Assembly (NCBI GenBank): GCA_963749915.1
Contig: CAVVOP010000025.1
Coordinates: 1 to 64,000, forward strand
Direction: 5' to 3'
DNA length: 64,000 nt
From: an uncultured cyanobacterium
GTDB lineage: Bacteria > Cyanobacteriota > Cyanobacteriia > Cyanobacteriales > Cyanobacteriaceae
This document shows positions 33,223 to 44,815 of the stretch, one piece after another. The stretch's first letter is position 1. Each line of letters starts with the position of its first letter. Made by a program: the position numbers and the translations under genes. The notes under the pieces are model-generated. The model saw only the letters and a list, made by a program, of their open reading frames with translations. It was not told where the DNA came from and did not search any database.

Positions 33223-35658
33223 TTATTTGATGATGTCCAATTTTGTCTTTTCGGGAACGGAAAACCCTCTAGGATTTGATCTCGGTTTTGCTATGCGTAC
33301 CTGAAACACAACTTTATCGACTATTTTATCTTTTTTAATTTCTAACATCCATGAACCCTGTTGTAATTCCCAGAAAAAGGAATTAGAGGAATTGGTGGCC
33401 AATTTTTCTCCATTCAACCACCATTCCACTGACTGATTAATTTCTCCGCCTAATTGAAATTTTAATTTTTGTTTTTGATTATTATCAGCTTCTAGTAAAA
33501 AAATATCGCCATCACGAGGGGATAATATTCTTAAATTTGTGGGCATTAAATTGGAAGGAGGTTGTTTTGCTAACCATTCATTATATTCTGGGGGCAAATT
33601 GAGACGAGATTGGGCGTTTTTTTGATCTGAAATTGATTCGTAAAATGTATCGGGGTGACTTTCATAATCTCTTAAATCTTCTGGATAGAAATATTCTTGT
33701 GCAATAGAAGGACAAGCAGGAGTCGGTTTTAAACCGGAAAGGTTGCAAATGGGCCGTTTTATCATTCCCTCTGGGGACTCAAAAGGTTGAGGAGTTTTTT
33801 GTTCGTGTAAGTGCAGTAAAATGCGATTCCAAAGAGGTGCTGCCCCCATAACACCAGAAATCTGATCCATCGGTTTACCATCAAAATTCCCCACCCAAGT
33901 CGCAACGGTATAATCAGAAGTGAAACCAATTGTCCAAGTATCTCGAAAATTAGAGGATGTACCTGTTTTTACCGCAGCAGGAAAGGGTAAATTGAGAATG
34001 GAATTAACTCCAAAAGCTTTAGCACGAGCATGGCGATCGCTTAAAATATCCGTAATTAACCCCCAAGTCGAAGTACTCGAAGATATCGAAGTATGGGAAG
34101 TTGATAACTTTTGACTGTTGACTGATTGCTGACTCCTGATTACTTTTATCGGGTTGTTTGTACTTCTGAGTTCTGAGTTCTGGGTTCCATTAATTTGTCC
34201 TTGTAGTGCCATAATACGATAAGCACGAGCTAATTCCCAAAGAGAGACTTCCCCACTACCGAGAGCTAAACCCAGTCCATAGTATTCTGGAGATTGGTTA
34301 AGATGCTCAAAACCCAGTTCCTGGAGTCGAGTTAAAAAATTTGCCACCCCGACTTGCTCTAAAACACGCACGGCAGGAACATTGAGAGAATTTGCTAAAG
34401 CTAACCTTACCCTTGCAGGCCCTGAAAAAGTTTCACTATAATCATTAGGACTATATAGTTTTGCCCCCGGAATAGCATAATGAGTCGGTACATCTGCTAA
34501 AACAGTATTAGGACGAATTAGACGTTTCTCTAAGGCTAATTGATAGAGAAAGGGTTTTAAAGTAGATCCGGGCTGTCGTAAGGCTTGTACTCCGTCATTT
34601 TTGCCCCATTGCCCTTGTGCAAAATAATCTAAAGAACCAATATAAGCTAATACTTCCCCTGTGTGATTATCAATTACTAAAGCGGCAGCTTGATGAACAC
34701 TATAAGGTTTAAGGGTACGAATTACTTCCCTAACTTGGGTTTCTACAAATTTTTGTAGGGGAAGATCGATTGTCGTCTGAATTTGGTTAGGATGTCCTGG
34801 TGGTAGTTGACGGGCTACCCAAAAGAGAAAATGAGGTGCGGCAATGATCCCCTGTTGGCGAGGTAGCAGAGGAATTTGTTCCCGATATGCTGTGTCAGCT
34901 TGGGTTGAGGTAATATAGCCCTCTTGGGTCATCCGTTTAAGTACATATTTTTGCCGCTCTTTTAGGGATTGCCAACGGATATAAGGATTCAGTTCCGTAG
35001 GATTATTGGGAATTGCGGCTAAAATACTTGCTTGAGCAAGGTTTAAATCCGTTGCTGAAATGCCAAAATAAATGCGAGAAGCGGCTTCTAGTCCATAAAT
35101 GTTGCTTCCCATCGGCAGACGATTAATATAAGCCTGTAAGATTGCATCTTTATCCATTCCCGCCGTTAATCGCCAAGAAAACCAGATTTCTTTAAATTTT
35201 GCGGGTAAAGTACGGGGGGCCGGTTTTAACATTCGAGCCAACTGCATGGTAATTGTAGAAGCACCACTGATGACTTTTTTCGCTTCGATGGCTTGATGAA
35301 TTGAACGGATAATTGCTTTTAAATCTAATGCTCCATGATGATAAAATCCTGCATCCTCTGTGGCTAAAATGGCTTGAATAAAAATCGGTGAAACTTCATT
35401 AAGAGCAATTACCGAAGTATGCTCTTGATCACGAGTTAATATAGTTCCTAAGGGTAAACCATTGCGATCGCTAAACTCAATAGCTTGTTCATCTTGTTGA
35501 AGATCATTTTCTGTAATAGGAGCAAAATAAGGGAGAGATCGACCCATTAACAATAAAGATATTAAGATAATAAATGGCCTCGTTTTACCAGTAAGTTCTT
35601 GCCAGAGGTATTGGTAAATTTGCTGAGTTGCTATAATTAGTTGGGAAATTTTTATCAT
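33223..35658 (-). CDS. pbpC: Penicillin-binding protein 1C
   Basis: EDAGFYHH, GASTITMQLAR, QPGSTLKPF, KTGTS, C-terminal PBP1C domain. Confidence 0.9.
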   Translation of the reverse strand: MIKISQLIIATQQIYQYLWQELTGKTRPFIILISLLLMGRSLPYFAPITENDLQQDEQAIEFSDRNGLPLGTILTRDQEHTSVIALNEVSPIFIQAILATEDAGFYHHGALDLKAIIRSIHQAIEAKKVISGASTITMQLARMLKPAPRTLPAKFKEIWFSWRLTAGMDKDAILQAYINRLPMGSNIYGLEAASRIYFGISATDLNLAQASILAAIPNNPTELNPYIRWQSLKERQKYVLKRMTQEGYITSTQADTAYREQIPLLPRQQGIIAAPHFLFWVARQLPPGHPNQIQTTIDLPLQKFVETQVREVIRTLKPYSVHQAAALVIDNHTGEVLAYIGSLDYFAQGQWGKNDGVQALRQPGSTLKPFLYQLALEKRLIRPNTVLADVPTHYAIPGAKLYSPNDYSETFSGPARVRLALANSLNVPAVRVLEQVGVANFLTRLQELGFEHLNQSPEYYGLGLALGSGEVSLWELARAYRIMALQGQINGTQNSELRSTNNPIKVIRSQQSVNSQKLSTSHTSISSSTSTWGLITDILSDRHARAKAFGVNSILNLPFPAAVKTGTSSNFRDTWTIGFTSDYTVATWVGNFDGKPMDQISGVMGAAPLWNRILLHLHEQKTPQPFESPEGMIKRPICNLSGLKPTPACPSIAQEYFYPEDLRDYESHPDTFYESISDQKNAQSRLNLPPEYNEWLAKQPPSNLMPTNLRILSPRDGDIFLLEADNNQKQKLKFQLGGEINQSVEWWLNGEKLATNSSNSFFWELQQGSWMLEIKKDKIVDKVVFQVRIAKPRSNPRGFSVPEKTKLDIIK

Positions 35659-35715
35659 TTCAATTGTGGGTCATATTATACTTTAGTGATTCCTCGTTGG
35701 GGCGTAATATTTTTA

Positions 35716-36060
35716 ATGGAATACAGATTGTTTAATCGGATCTTGAAATTTTTAGAAAGCCAACCTAAATTAGATATATTGCTAATTGTCGTTATTGGCA
35801 TTGCCACTGTCGCATCCCTAGATTTTATGACAGGTTTTGAAGTTTCATTGTCTCTATTTTATCTTTTTCCTGTGTCTCTTGCAACTTGGATACTAGGGAA
35901 AAAAGCCGGTGTTTTCGTTTCTTGTTTAAGTGCAATAACTTGGCTATTTGTTAATTATATTTTAAATGAATACACATCTTCCCCATTACTTTACTTGTGG
36001 AATAGTCTAATCCGTTTTGGTTTTTTCTATATTGTTACTTTACTGCTGTCAAGGTGGTGA
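35716..36060 (+). pseudogene. Membrane sensor N-terminal fragment (histidine kinase/GGDEF-type input), truncated
   Basis: LDFMTGFEVSLSLFYLFPV...WNSLIRFGFF, then a stop with no output domain. Confidence 0.5.
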
Positions 36061-36199
36061 TGAATTTTGTATTCTTCTCATAGAAGATGAACTAATGTAC
36101 ACTGTTAAAACTACTGGGAAAAATAATATTAAATATTCCGTTCATTAATCCATTAGAATTTTTTCAGAAGTCAGAAGAGAAATTGAACCTATTATTTAT

Positions 36200-37054
36200 T
36201 TAAGCAAAAACTACCGTCCGATTTCCATAGACTAAAACTCGATGTTGTAAATGTAATCGAACCCCTCTAGCTAAAACAATTTTTTCTAAATCTTTCCCTT
36301 TTCTAATTAAATCTTTTACCGTATCTCGATGACTAATTTTTACGACATCTTGCTCAATAATTGGTCCTGCATCCAAATCCTGGGTTATATAATGTGCCGT
36401 TGCACCGATAATTTTCACCCCTCGACTGTAGGCTTGATGATAAGGTTTTGCCCCTACAAATGCCGGTAAAAAAGAATGATGAATATTGATAACATTAGGA
36501 AATTCTTTGATAAAATCTGAGCTTAAAACCTGCATATATTTCGCCAAAATAACTAAGTCTATATTGGCATTTTTTAGTATTTCTAATTGTTTTAATTCTT
36601 GCTCTTTTTTATTATTTTTATCAATAGGTAAATAATGATATTCTATGCCAAATTGTTCAGCTATCGAGGCTAATTTTTGATGGTTACTGATGATTAAACC
36701 AATTGTTGCTTTTAATTCTTTGGCTTGAATACGCCATAGTAAATCATATAAACAATGATCCTGTTGGCTAACCCAAATGGCAAGTTTCGGAATTGTATCG
36801 GAAAAATGTAGTTGCCAATCGGCATTTAATGGTTGAGCGATCGCACTAAAAGCCGCACCTATTAAATCTCTCGGCAAATTGAAACCTTCTAACTGCCACT
36901 CGATACGAGACAGAAATAAACCCGCTTCTAAATCGGTGTGATGATCCGCATGAATAATGTTACCACCGTTAGAATAAATAAAATTAGCGATTTTTGCCAC
37001 TAAACCTTGTTGATCAGGACAAGATACTAATAAAGTAGCAGTATCTAAATTCAT
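36200..37054 (-). CDS. purU: Formyltetrahydrofolate deformylase
   Basis: CAT at 37052-37054 and TTA at 36200-36202; the reverse complement gives MNLDTATLL...INIHHSFLP...RTVVFA*. The track's + label disagrees with the sequence. Confidence 0.96.
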   Translation of the reverse strand: MNLDTATLLVSCPDQQGLVAKIANFIYSNGGNIIHADHHTDLEAGLFLSRIEWQLEGFNLPRDLIGAAFSAIAQPLNADWQLHFSDTIPKLAIWVSQQDHCLYDLLWRIQAKELKATIGLIISNHQKLASIAEQFGIEYHYLPIDKNNKKEQELKQLEILKNANIDLVILAKYMQVLSSDFIKEFPNVINIHHSFLPAFVGAKPYHQAYSRGVKIIGATAHYITQDLDAGPIIEQDVVKISHRDTVKDLIRKGKDLEKIVLARGVRLHLQHRVLVYGNRTVVFA

Positions 37055-37288
37055 AAATTTTTACTTATCAAGATTAACTTTTCAGACTCATTGTCACTTA
37101 GTTAAAGATAAAAGTAAAGATTATTGATATTATCTCTACTATCCAATAAATTTTACCGACACTACTCCGACATCGGCTTGATATTGGTCGAATTGATAAT
37201 TCTAAATCAGGAAAAGATTGGGGTTTAATTATTCCGTCATATCAAATCCGGTAGATTGACCATAATATAATTGAGAGATTACTCGATC

Positions 37289-40200
37289 TTAACTTTCTAA
37301 AGTTTGTTCAGTAAATACTTTAGCTTGTTCTAAGACTAATTCTGTTGCTAAAGCTTGCATATCTGGAGGATAGCCATATTGACGTAATAAACGTTTTACC
37401 ATTACCTTCATTCTGGCTCTGACACTCTCTTTAAGGTTCCAGTCAATGGAGGCATTTTTCTTGATTCTTTCCACAAGTGCGATCGCTAGGGCTTTCAGTT
37501 CGCCTACTCCCCATTACTTCCACAGCACTTTGATTTTGGGAAAGGGCATCATAAAAAGCGAGTTCGTAGGATTCGAGTCCTAGTTGTTCTCCTCGTTGGT
37601 CAGCTTCTTTTATTTCTTGAGAAATAGCCAGAAGTTCTTCGATTACGTCGCTCACGCTGATAACGTGGTTATGGTAGCGACGCAGGGAATCTTCCAGCAT
37701 TTTAGTCAGTTTACGACTCTGAACAATATTTCTTTGACGACGGTTTTTAATTTCATCATTGAGCAGTTTTTGCAGGAGTTCAACAGCGAGGTTGCGGTGT
37801 TGCATACCCCGCACTTCGGCGATAAATTCATCGGAAATAATCGAGATGTCGGGATCTTTGATTCCTGCTTCATCAAAAATATTGACGACAGTATCAGAGA
37901 CGAGGGCTTGATCTACTACCTGACGAATAGCACTTTCAATTTCACGATTACTCAGTCCCCCATTATTAGGTTCAAGTTTATAGATACTGGCTTGGATGGC
38001 TTGGAAAAAAGAAATTTTTTCTGCTTGAGCGATCGCTTCTGGATGAGGAACTGCTAAGGAATAGGCTTTAGATAGGGCGGTAACTTCCCGTAAAAATCTT
38101 TCTTTTAAATCTGGCTGACAAACAAAATCTGTCGCCCCCATGAGGATATTTAATTTCTCTGCTGTAGTTGCTTCAAAATAATGGTCATAATCGAAGTCTG
38201 CCATCATTTGTTCCACCACTTCGATTTTAGCTAGGAGTAAACCTAAAGCTACATCTTGATCTAGGGTAGGTTGTCCTTTACCGCCACTCTCCGCATAGAA
38301 ACTGAGGGCTTTTTTAAGTTCCGTAGCCAGTCCTAAATAATCCACCACTAAGCCCCCTTGTTTCTCAAAATAGACACGGTTAATACGGGCGATCGCTTGC
38401 ATAAGATTATGGGCTTTGAGAGGTTTATCTATATACATGGTATGGAGGCAGGGAGCATCAAATCCCGTGAGCCACATATCGCAGACAATCACCATTTGTA
38501 GCTCGTCTTCAGGGTCTTTGAGGCGTTGGGCGAGGATTTGACGGTCTTTTTTACTGGTGTGGTGCTGGACGAGGTTTCCTTCATCACAGGCATTAGCAGT
38601 CATCACCACCTTAATTTTCCCTTTGCTCAGGTCGTCATTATGCCAGTCTGGTAAGAGTTTAATCATCTGCTCGTAGAGGTCAGCGGCAATACGACGGCTC
38701 ATCGTTACTATCATTGCTTTACCTCTATTTACTTGTTGTCGTTGCTCAAAATGATTAACGATATCAGAGGCGATCGCTTCGAGTCTTTTGCTTGAACCCA
38801 CCAAAGCTTCTAATTGACTGCCTTTAGCTTTGGCTTTTTGGGTACTGCTGAGTTCTTCAAATTGTAAGTCTTCCTCTAGTTCATCAAGAAGTTGTCGTCC
38901 TAATTCATCCAGTTCCAAACGGACTAAACGGCTTTCATAGTAAATGGGAACAGTAGCTCCATCTTTCACAGCCTGAGCGATGTCATAAACATCAATATAG
39001 TTACCAAAAACTTCTTTGGTGTTTTTATCTGTTTGTTCAATGGGTGTTCCTGTAAATCCCACAAAGGAAGCATTAGGTAAAGCATCACGGATATATCTAG
39101 CAAAGCCGTATTTAGTTTGTTTACCAACTACCTTTCCTGATTCGTCCTTAATATCAACTTGTTTGGCTTTGAATCCATATTGGCTACGGTGGGCTTCATC
39201 GGCTAGGACAATGATATTAGAGCGATCTGTTAGTTGAGGATAAAGGCTTTCTCCCTCAGTGGGGGCGAATTTCTGAATCGTACTAAAGATAACTCCACCA
39301 GAGGCTACTTTTAAGAGTTGTTGTAATCTTTCTCGATTATCCGCTTGTTGGGGTTCTTGGCGGAGGAGTTGACGACAGCCAGCGAAGGTATCAAAGAGTT
39401 GGTCGTCTAAATCATTGCGGTCTGTCAAAACTAGAACTGTAGGATTATCAAGGGCTTGACTCAATACTAATTTACCCGTGAGAAATACCATGGATAAAGA
39501 TTTACCGCTACCTTGAGTATGCCATATCACCCCTCCTTTTCTGTCTCCTTGTTGTTGATTTTTTAAGGGTGTAATGTGATAACTAGATTTGGTTTCTGCT
39601 ACTTTGGGAAGGGATTTTGAGGGCTTGGTTTTATTGCTATAGGAAAGGGGTTGCTTTTGACTAGGAAGGTTAATAATTTTATTTTGATTTAGATTAGTAC
39701 TGCTTGATGCTCTAGTAATACTTTTAAGGGCTTTATTAACAGCGTAATATTGATGATAGGCGGCAATTTTCTTCGTTTTTTGGATAGTGACAATCTCGGT
39801 TTCGGGATCTTGGGTTTTGCTTTCTTCAAAAACAGTAAAGTGGCGGATTAGGTCTAAGAGAGTGCTTTTATTAAGCATTCCTTCGGTGAGGATTTTTAGC
39901 TCGTTGGTGAGTCCGTCTGCTTCGGTATTTCCGTCTTTGGTTTTCCATGCCATGAAGCGGTTATAGTTAGCGGAGATAGAACCTGCACGGGCGGTTAGTC
40001 CATCGGAAATTACCAGCAGGGCATTATAGCTAAACAGGCTGGGGATTTCTCGTTTATAGGTTTGCAGTTGGTTAAAGGCTTTGTAGGTATCGGCTTTTTT
40101 ATCGGCGGCGTTTTTCAGTTCAATTACGACTAAGGGTAAACCGTTAATAAACAAAATAATATCAGGACGGCGGTTATGATTATCTTCAATGACAGTAAAT

Positions 40201-40589
40201 TGATTAACCGCTAGGAATTCGTTATTGTCTGGATTATCCCAATCAATCAGCCAGACTTTTTCTCCTCTAGTTTCCCCATGTTTTTGATATTCAATGGTGA
40301 TGCCTTCAGTTAGATATTGGTGGAATTTTTGATCGTTGGTGATCAGGTCAGGACTGGCAATATTTAATACTTCTCGAATGGCTTGTTGTTGGCAGTCGTA
40401 GGGAATATCAGGGTTAATTTGACTAACGGTATTTTGCAGTCTTTGAAATAGCACCACATCACTGAAACTTTCTCTTTCTTGGTCTTTACCTTCAGGTTGG
40501 ATGTCATAACCGCAGAGATAGCTATAACCTAGTTTGTCGAGGAGTTCGAGGTTAAAGAGTTCGATGTCGTCTTCGGTGGTGTATTTCAT
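37289..40589 (-). pseudogene. hsdR: Type I restriction endonuclease subunit R, frameshifted near the C-terminus
   Basis: RPDIILFINGLPL.VIELK, HTQGSGKS, DEAHRSQYG, MWLTGFD; extra G in ATGGGG near 37509-37512 separates the tail in ORF 37289..37474; ATG 40589 overlaps the upstream stop (ATGA). Confidence 0.9.
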
Positions 40590-40800
40590 AAATCCCAAGG
40601 GTTGATGATGTTAATTTGGCACTCTATAAAATCATTTACATTTCGAGTGGCTAAAGTTGCTTGATGGGTACGACAAATAGAAGCGATTTGAGCGTCAAAT
40701 TGAGAAATAGGTTTTCCCCTTTGTCGGCGTTCAGCAGCGATGAGAGCATAATAATAGGCTTCATTAATTCAGACAGAATATTAGTATCAAGAATTATCAT
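40586..40800 (-). pseudogene. VapC/FitB PIN toxin with internal deletion
   Basis: MIILDTNILSELMK, then another frame AYYYALIAAERRQRGKPISQFDAQIASI...LATRNVNDF...INPWDL*. Confidence 0.85.
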
Positions 40801-40806
40801 GAACCT

Positions 40807-41055
40807 CTAAAAGGTAGGTGGTTTTCTAATGGCTTCTCTCGGTGTTTCGGGGATGTCAAATTCTCCAAGGGGTGCAAAGCGTTGGGCGATCGCCGTTGCT
40901 AAGTCTTGGGTTGAGGTGGTTTGTGATTCAGAAAGTAAAGCAGTAGATAAAATAGCGGTAATTTCTGCTTCAATGGTGCGTCCGTTTTGAGTGGCTCGTT
41001 GTTGCAAACGTTCTTTTAGTTGGGGTTCAAGTTGTTCTAAGATGATGTTGGTCAT
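40807..41055 (-). CDS. FitA-like ribbon-helix-helix antitoxin
   Basis: LKERLQQRATQNGRTIEAEITAIL; directly upstream of the vapC remnant. Confidence 0.8.
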   Translation of the reverse strand: MTNIILEQLEPQLKERLQQRATQNGRTIEAEITAILSTALLSESQTTSTQDLATAIAQRFAPLGEFDIPETPREAIRKPPTF

Positions 41056-41071
41056 AGTCCTAGTAGTTTAG

Positions 41072-41335
41072 TTATTTTTTTTCTATGTTGGTTTTTTGAT
41101 GTTCTACATAAGTCCGCAGAACGTTATTAATAAATGTTTGATAGCCTTTACCTTGACTTTTGAACCAACCTAAAATGTCACTATCTAAGCGAATAGAAAT
41201 AGATTGTTTAGTAATCGGTTCAACCATCTTGGCGTTTTCCCAGAAGTTATCGTCTAATTCGGGAATATCTGAAGTATTAATGGCTTCATCAGGTATATTC
41301 TCTATTTCTTTAAGTCGCTTGAGCGAGATATCCAT
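41072..41335 (-). CDS. BrnA antitoxin
   Basis: SDIPELDDNFWENA...SIRLDSDILGWFKSQGKGYQTFIN; only a BrnT-like tail (ERRIYYGYL) remains upstream. Confidence 0.85.
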   Translation of the reverse strand: MDISLKRLKEIENIPDEAINTSDIPELDDNFWENAKMVEPITKQSISIRLDSDILGWFKSQGKGYQTFINNVLRTYVEHQKTNIEKK

Positions 41336-41388
41336 AGTATATTCTCCTTTCTTATAATAGAGTTATATATCAACAGCTTAATTATGAT

Positions 41389-41670
41389 CATGTAAAAAAA
41401 ACTTTTGATGTTAATTTATTGGAAGATAGTTTATCAGAGTTGTTGTTAGCTATTCAAAATCGGGTAGAGGTTACTTTAACCCGTGATGGTGTGCCGTTAG
41501 CGAAGGTTTTACCTTTTCCATCAAATCAGGAAAATGTTACTACGGATAACAAAGTTTTAAAGCCACGCACTGCTGGAGGTTGGGAAGGGCAAATTTCGAT
41601 TGCGGATGATTTTGATGATGAGTCACCCGAAATTAATGCTATGTTTTACGATAATGTTTGTCATATATAG
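41389..41670 (+). pseudogene. Phd/YefM-like antitoxin with damaged start and no adjacent toxin
   Basis: LSELL...EVTLTRDGVPLAKV...GQISIADDFD; ATG at 41389 is followed immediately by TAA. Confidence 0.6.
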
Positions 41671-41746
41671 TTGTTTGTTCTCATCTTTTTTTCTATTAGC
41701 TTATGATAAAATACTTTATTAATATCTCTTGTTAAAAGTTGAAGTT

Positions 41747-41971
41747 ATGAAGACAATTACTATTCCTGTTGCAGAAGAAATTAAAAGGGCTTTTGAGTCT
41801 GCTAATCCTGAAACTCAGCAACAATTAACTTCTCTTATTAGCTTATTTTTTCAATACAGTTTAGCTGATAAAAGTTTAACTGATGTCATGGCAGAAATTT
41901 CTAAAAATGCTCAGGCAAGGGGATTAACTCCTGAAATTTTAGCTGAGATTTTAGCAGAAGATAATGATTAG
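41747..41971 (+). CDS. Putative antitoxin
   Basis: MAEISKNAQARGLTPEILAEIL motif; overlaps a PIN gene. Confidence 0.7.
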   Translation: MKTITIPVAEEIKRAFESANPETQQQLTSLISLFFQYSLADKSLTDVMAEISKNAQARGLTPEILAEILAEDND

Positions 41972-42364
41972 AGTTGTTATCGATACTAATATCTTTGTTA
42001 GTGCTTTATTGTTTGAAAATTCCCTACCTTTTCAAGTAGTAAAGTTAGCAGAAAGTAAGGGGTTATTTTATTTTCTAAGGCTACTTTAGGGGAGTTAAAA
42101 CAAGTTTTAAATCGGAAAAAGTTTGATAAATATATAACATTACAGGAAAGGGAGGCTTTTTTATTAAAGTTAATGATGGCTGGTGAAAATATTATTATTC
42201 ATCGGAAAATAAGGGCTTGTCGTGATGAAAAGGATAATAAGTTTTTAGAATTAGCTATTAATGGAAAGGCTGATTTTATTATTACTGGAGATAATGATTT
42301 ATTGGTATTGAATCCTTTTGAAAATATAGCCATTATTAAGCCTGATGTTTTTATTAATAGTTAG
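41964..42364 (+). pseudogene. PIN-family putative toxin, frameshifted
   Basis: MIRVVIDTNIFVSAL..., one base missing in the G run near 42059-42062, then CRDEKDNKFLELA...IITGDNDLL. Confidence 0.85.
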
Positions 42365-42446
42365 CAATAATTGTGCCTACTTGTCCACGATAAAAATTAA
42401 TTTCTGGCAAGTCTTCTAATAATGATACTACATCTAAAAGTTTCAT
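42361..42446 (-). pseudogene. DUF4926-like protein, N-terminal fragment
   Basis: MKLLDVVSLLEDLPEINFYRGQVGTIIA*; AAGGAG upstream. Confidence 0.6.
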
Positions 42447-42506
42447 GTTTTTTTTTGGCTCCTTAAAGTAGATAACAGGTGACTAATATCTGTCTGATTA
42501 GTATTC

Positions 42507-42725
42507 TTAATCTTCTTTTTTAGTGTTTTCAAAGGCTTTGATTTTGTCATAAAGACTATCTACGGTTTCATCTTTGAATAATTGGTTTTTAAGGTGAGAA
42601 TAATCACCTTTTCCTAAGTGACAAATTTCCCAAAAACGCATCACTTTTACCACATCTAAATGATCAATTAATACATTAAATGCTTCTTCGATAATTTGTT
42701 GATCTGTATTAAGATTAATTTTCAT
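42507..42725 (-). CDS. Putative antitoxin partner of the PIN protein
   Basis: Overlaps the PIN gene; GKGDY...LFKDETVDSL motif. Confidence 0.7.
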   Translation of the reverse strand: MKINLNTDQQIIEEAFNVLIDHLDVVKVMRFWEICHLGKGDYSHLKNQLFKDETVDSLYDKIKAFENTKKED

Positions 42726-43152
42726 CGTCTAATTCCTGTATAAAATCTATGGGATTAATGGCTCTTATATTAAGCATTTGGCATCGGTTTAGTAATCGTT
42801 TATCACAAGTAATAAAATAATCACTTTTTGAGGCTTCAAAACTAGCAACGTGGAGAGCATCTATAGCCTTTATTCCTCGTGTTTGTAGTTGTTTTGCCCT
42901 TTGTTTGATAGTTTCATTTAAAGGCTGAAATAAGGTTGTTTCTTTAAGGTATTTTTTAATGGCTTGTTGAATAATAGGAAAGGGATTTTGTTGATTTTCA
43001 TATTCTAATACCGATGAGTTAACGGATTCTAGTTGATGGTTTTCGATAAGGGTAAAAATAATAATAGTTGCTTGTGTTTCTAAGTATATCTTGGCTTGGC
43101 TTTGGTCATCATAAGGGCGATTATATACGCTAGTATCTAAATAAATTTTCAT
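42715..43152 (-). CDS. PIN domain protein
   Basis: IYLDTSVYNRPYDD, DALHVA, YFITCDKRL. Confidence 0.85.
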   Translation of the reverse strand: MKIYLDTSVYNRPYDDQSQAKIYLETQATIIIFTLIENHQLESVNSSVLEYENQQNPFPIIQQAIKKYLKETTLFQPLNETIKQRAKQLQTRGIKAIDALHVASFEASKSDYFITCDKRLLNRCQMLNIRAINPIDFIQELDDEN

Positions 43153-43192
43153 GATTTATCACTACTTTGATTATATGAAATATTTTCATCTT

Positions 43193-44463
43193 TCACTCCT
43201 TCACTCTTATCTGTCCGCTCATTAGTTTAGGAAGTAAAGTATCACGGGTTTTTGTTAGGGTTTGGATTTGTTTTTGATTAGCTTTGACTTTTTCAAATAA
43301 AGGAGTACAAACATCTTGATATTGTTTGATCAATTGGACTTCACCTATAGTTAATTGATAGGTTATTATCATATCATTAGGTACTCTTTGTCGTCCTGAT
43401 GTACCTGTCATATTTTTAACTGCGTAATCTCTAAAATTAGGACTTCTTGTTAAACAATATACATAATGAGGACAACAACAAGATTTGGCTCTTAAGACAA
43501 TAAATTCTGTTGAACCAAAAGCGACTTCATCCTTATTTAAAATATTGACAAATGCTGTTTTTCCATTCTCTAAACAAGGAGTAATTCTTGCCATTAATAC
43601 ATCGTTATTTCTAAATTTACTGCCCGATGTAAACTCTCTTGTTATAAAACTTACTATTTCCATACTGGTGGTGGATAATGCTTTCATATCAATATATTTA
43701 ACAAAATCTCCTTTTTTAATTGATTCTTTTGGATTAACTTCTATAACTTCCTCTAACTTTCCAACTCGCCAACTTGCAGGAATTTCGCCTAATTCAGACG
43801 CAACGCATTTCACCACCAGAGGATTTATAAGGTTTACCGTCTTCATTGGGAAACTCAAAATCTATAAACCAATGCTTAAATAAGGTCTGGGCGATCGCTT
43901 CTAAGGTTTCATTCTGCCTTCTCAAATTCTCAATCTTCGCATCTAAACAGGATAACATATCAGAGGCGACTTGCTTTTTGTGTTTTAATATCGGGAATCT
44001 TGATTGTTAAATTGTTAACTGCTTTTTTTGTAATTGTTTTAGTAACAGAACCTTCCGCAAATTGTTTTACATATTTCTCATTGTGTTTCAAATAAAAATA
44101 TATAAATTTTTGATTAGCTTTATTTTTATTAATTCTAACTAAAAATAAATTCATTGCTAAAGAAACTGGCTTATTCAATTGAGGCATTAAGTATACAGAA
44201 CCAGCGTTAGCAATCTTATTCATAATAATGTCATTCGCATACACTTTTGATTTCTCAAGAAAATCATATGCATGTCTATCGATATATTTTAAATTTGAGA
44301 AAAAATCATTCTGTTCTAAGTTTGTTGTTCTTATCATCACGGCATAATTAGGCTCATCTAAAAGCTCAACATTTTTTTTTAGAACTTTGTATGAACCATT
44401 AGCATGATAATCAGTTAAAACTTCAATAATTTCACCTAAGTTTATTTCTTTCCACTCACTCAT
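43193..44463 (-). pseudogene. hsdS: Type I R-M specificity subunit S, frameshifted
   Basis: MSEWKEINLGE TRD1; conserved spacer LDAKIENLRRQNETLEAIAQTLFKHWF in another frame; TRD2 ARITPCLENGK; RDTLLPKLMSG; frame breaks near 43970 and 43800. Confidence 0.88.
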
Positions 44464-44466
44464 ATC

Positions 44467-44815
44467 TCAAACCTCATCCTCTCCAAACTGTGCATTGATT
44501 CTGTTAATAGCTATTTCTAAATCTGGTAAATAATTGTCAATAATCAACCAGACGGTTTCCAAATCTAACTCCTAGATAATCATGGGCTAAAAAATTCCTA
44601 AAATTGCCAATTTTAAACCATTCAATTCAGGTTCAGTATCTTTCCATTCCTGCGGTAACTTCTTAATGGATTCTCCCATTATCTCCAAATTACGCAATAC
44701 AGCATCTTGTACCATTTGATTATTCATAAAATCCGTTTTACCATTGACAAGATAGAGATTGATTCGCTCTCAAACATTCTCTCACATGGATTAAATATAA
44801 TCTGCTATCCTTCAT
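44467..44815 (-). pseudogene. DUF86/HepT HEPN toxin, frameshifted
   Basis: MKDSRLYLIHV..., QDAVLRNLEIMGESIKKL, FRNFLAHDY, DLETVWLII spread over different frames. Confidence 0.85.

Noticed and set aside
43193..44463. Split hsdS as a phase-variable shufflon
   Set aside because: No recombinase, no silent TRD copies and no inverted repeats; simple frameshifts explain it.
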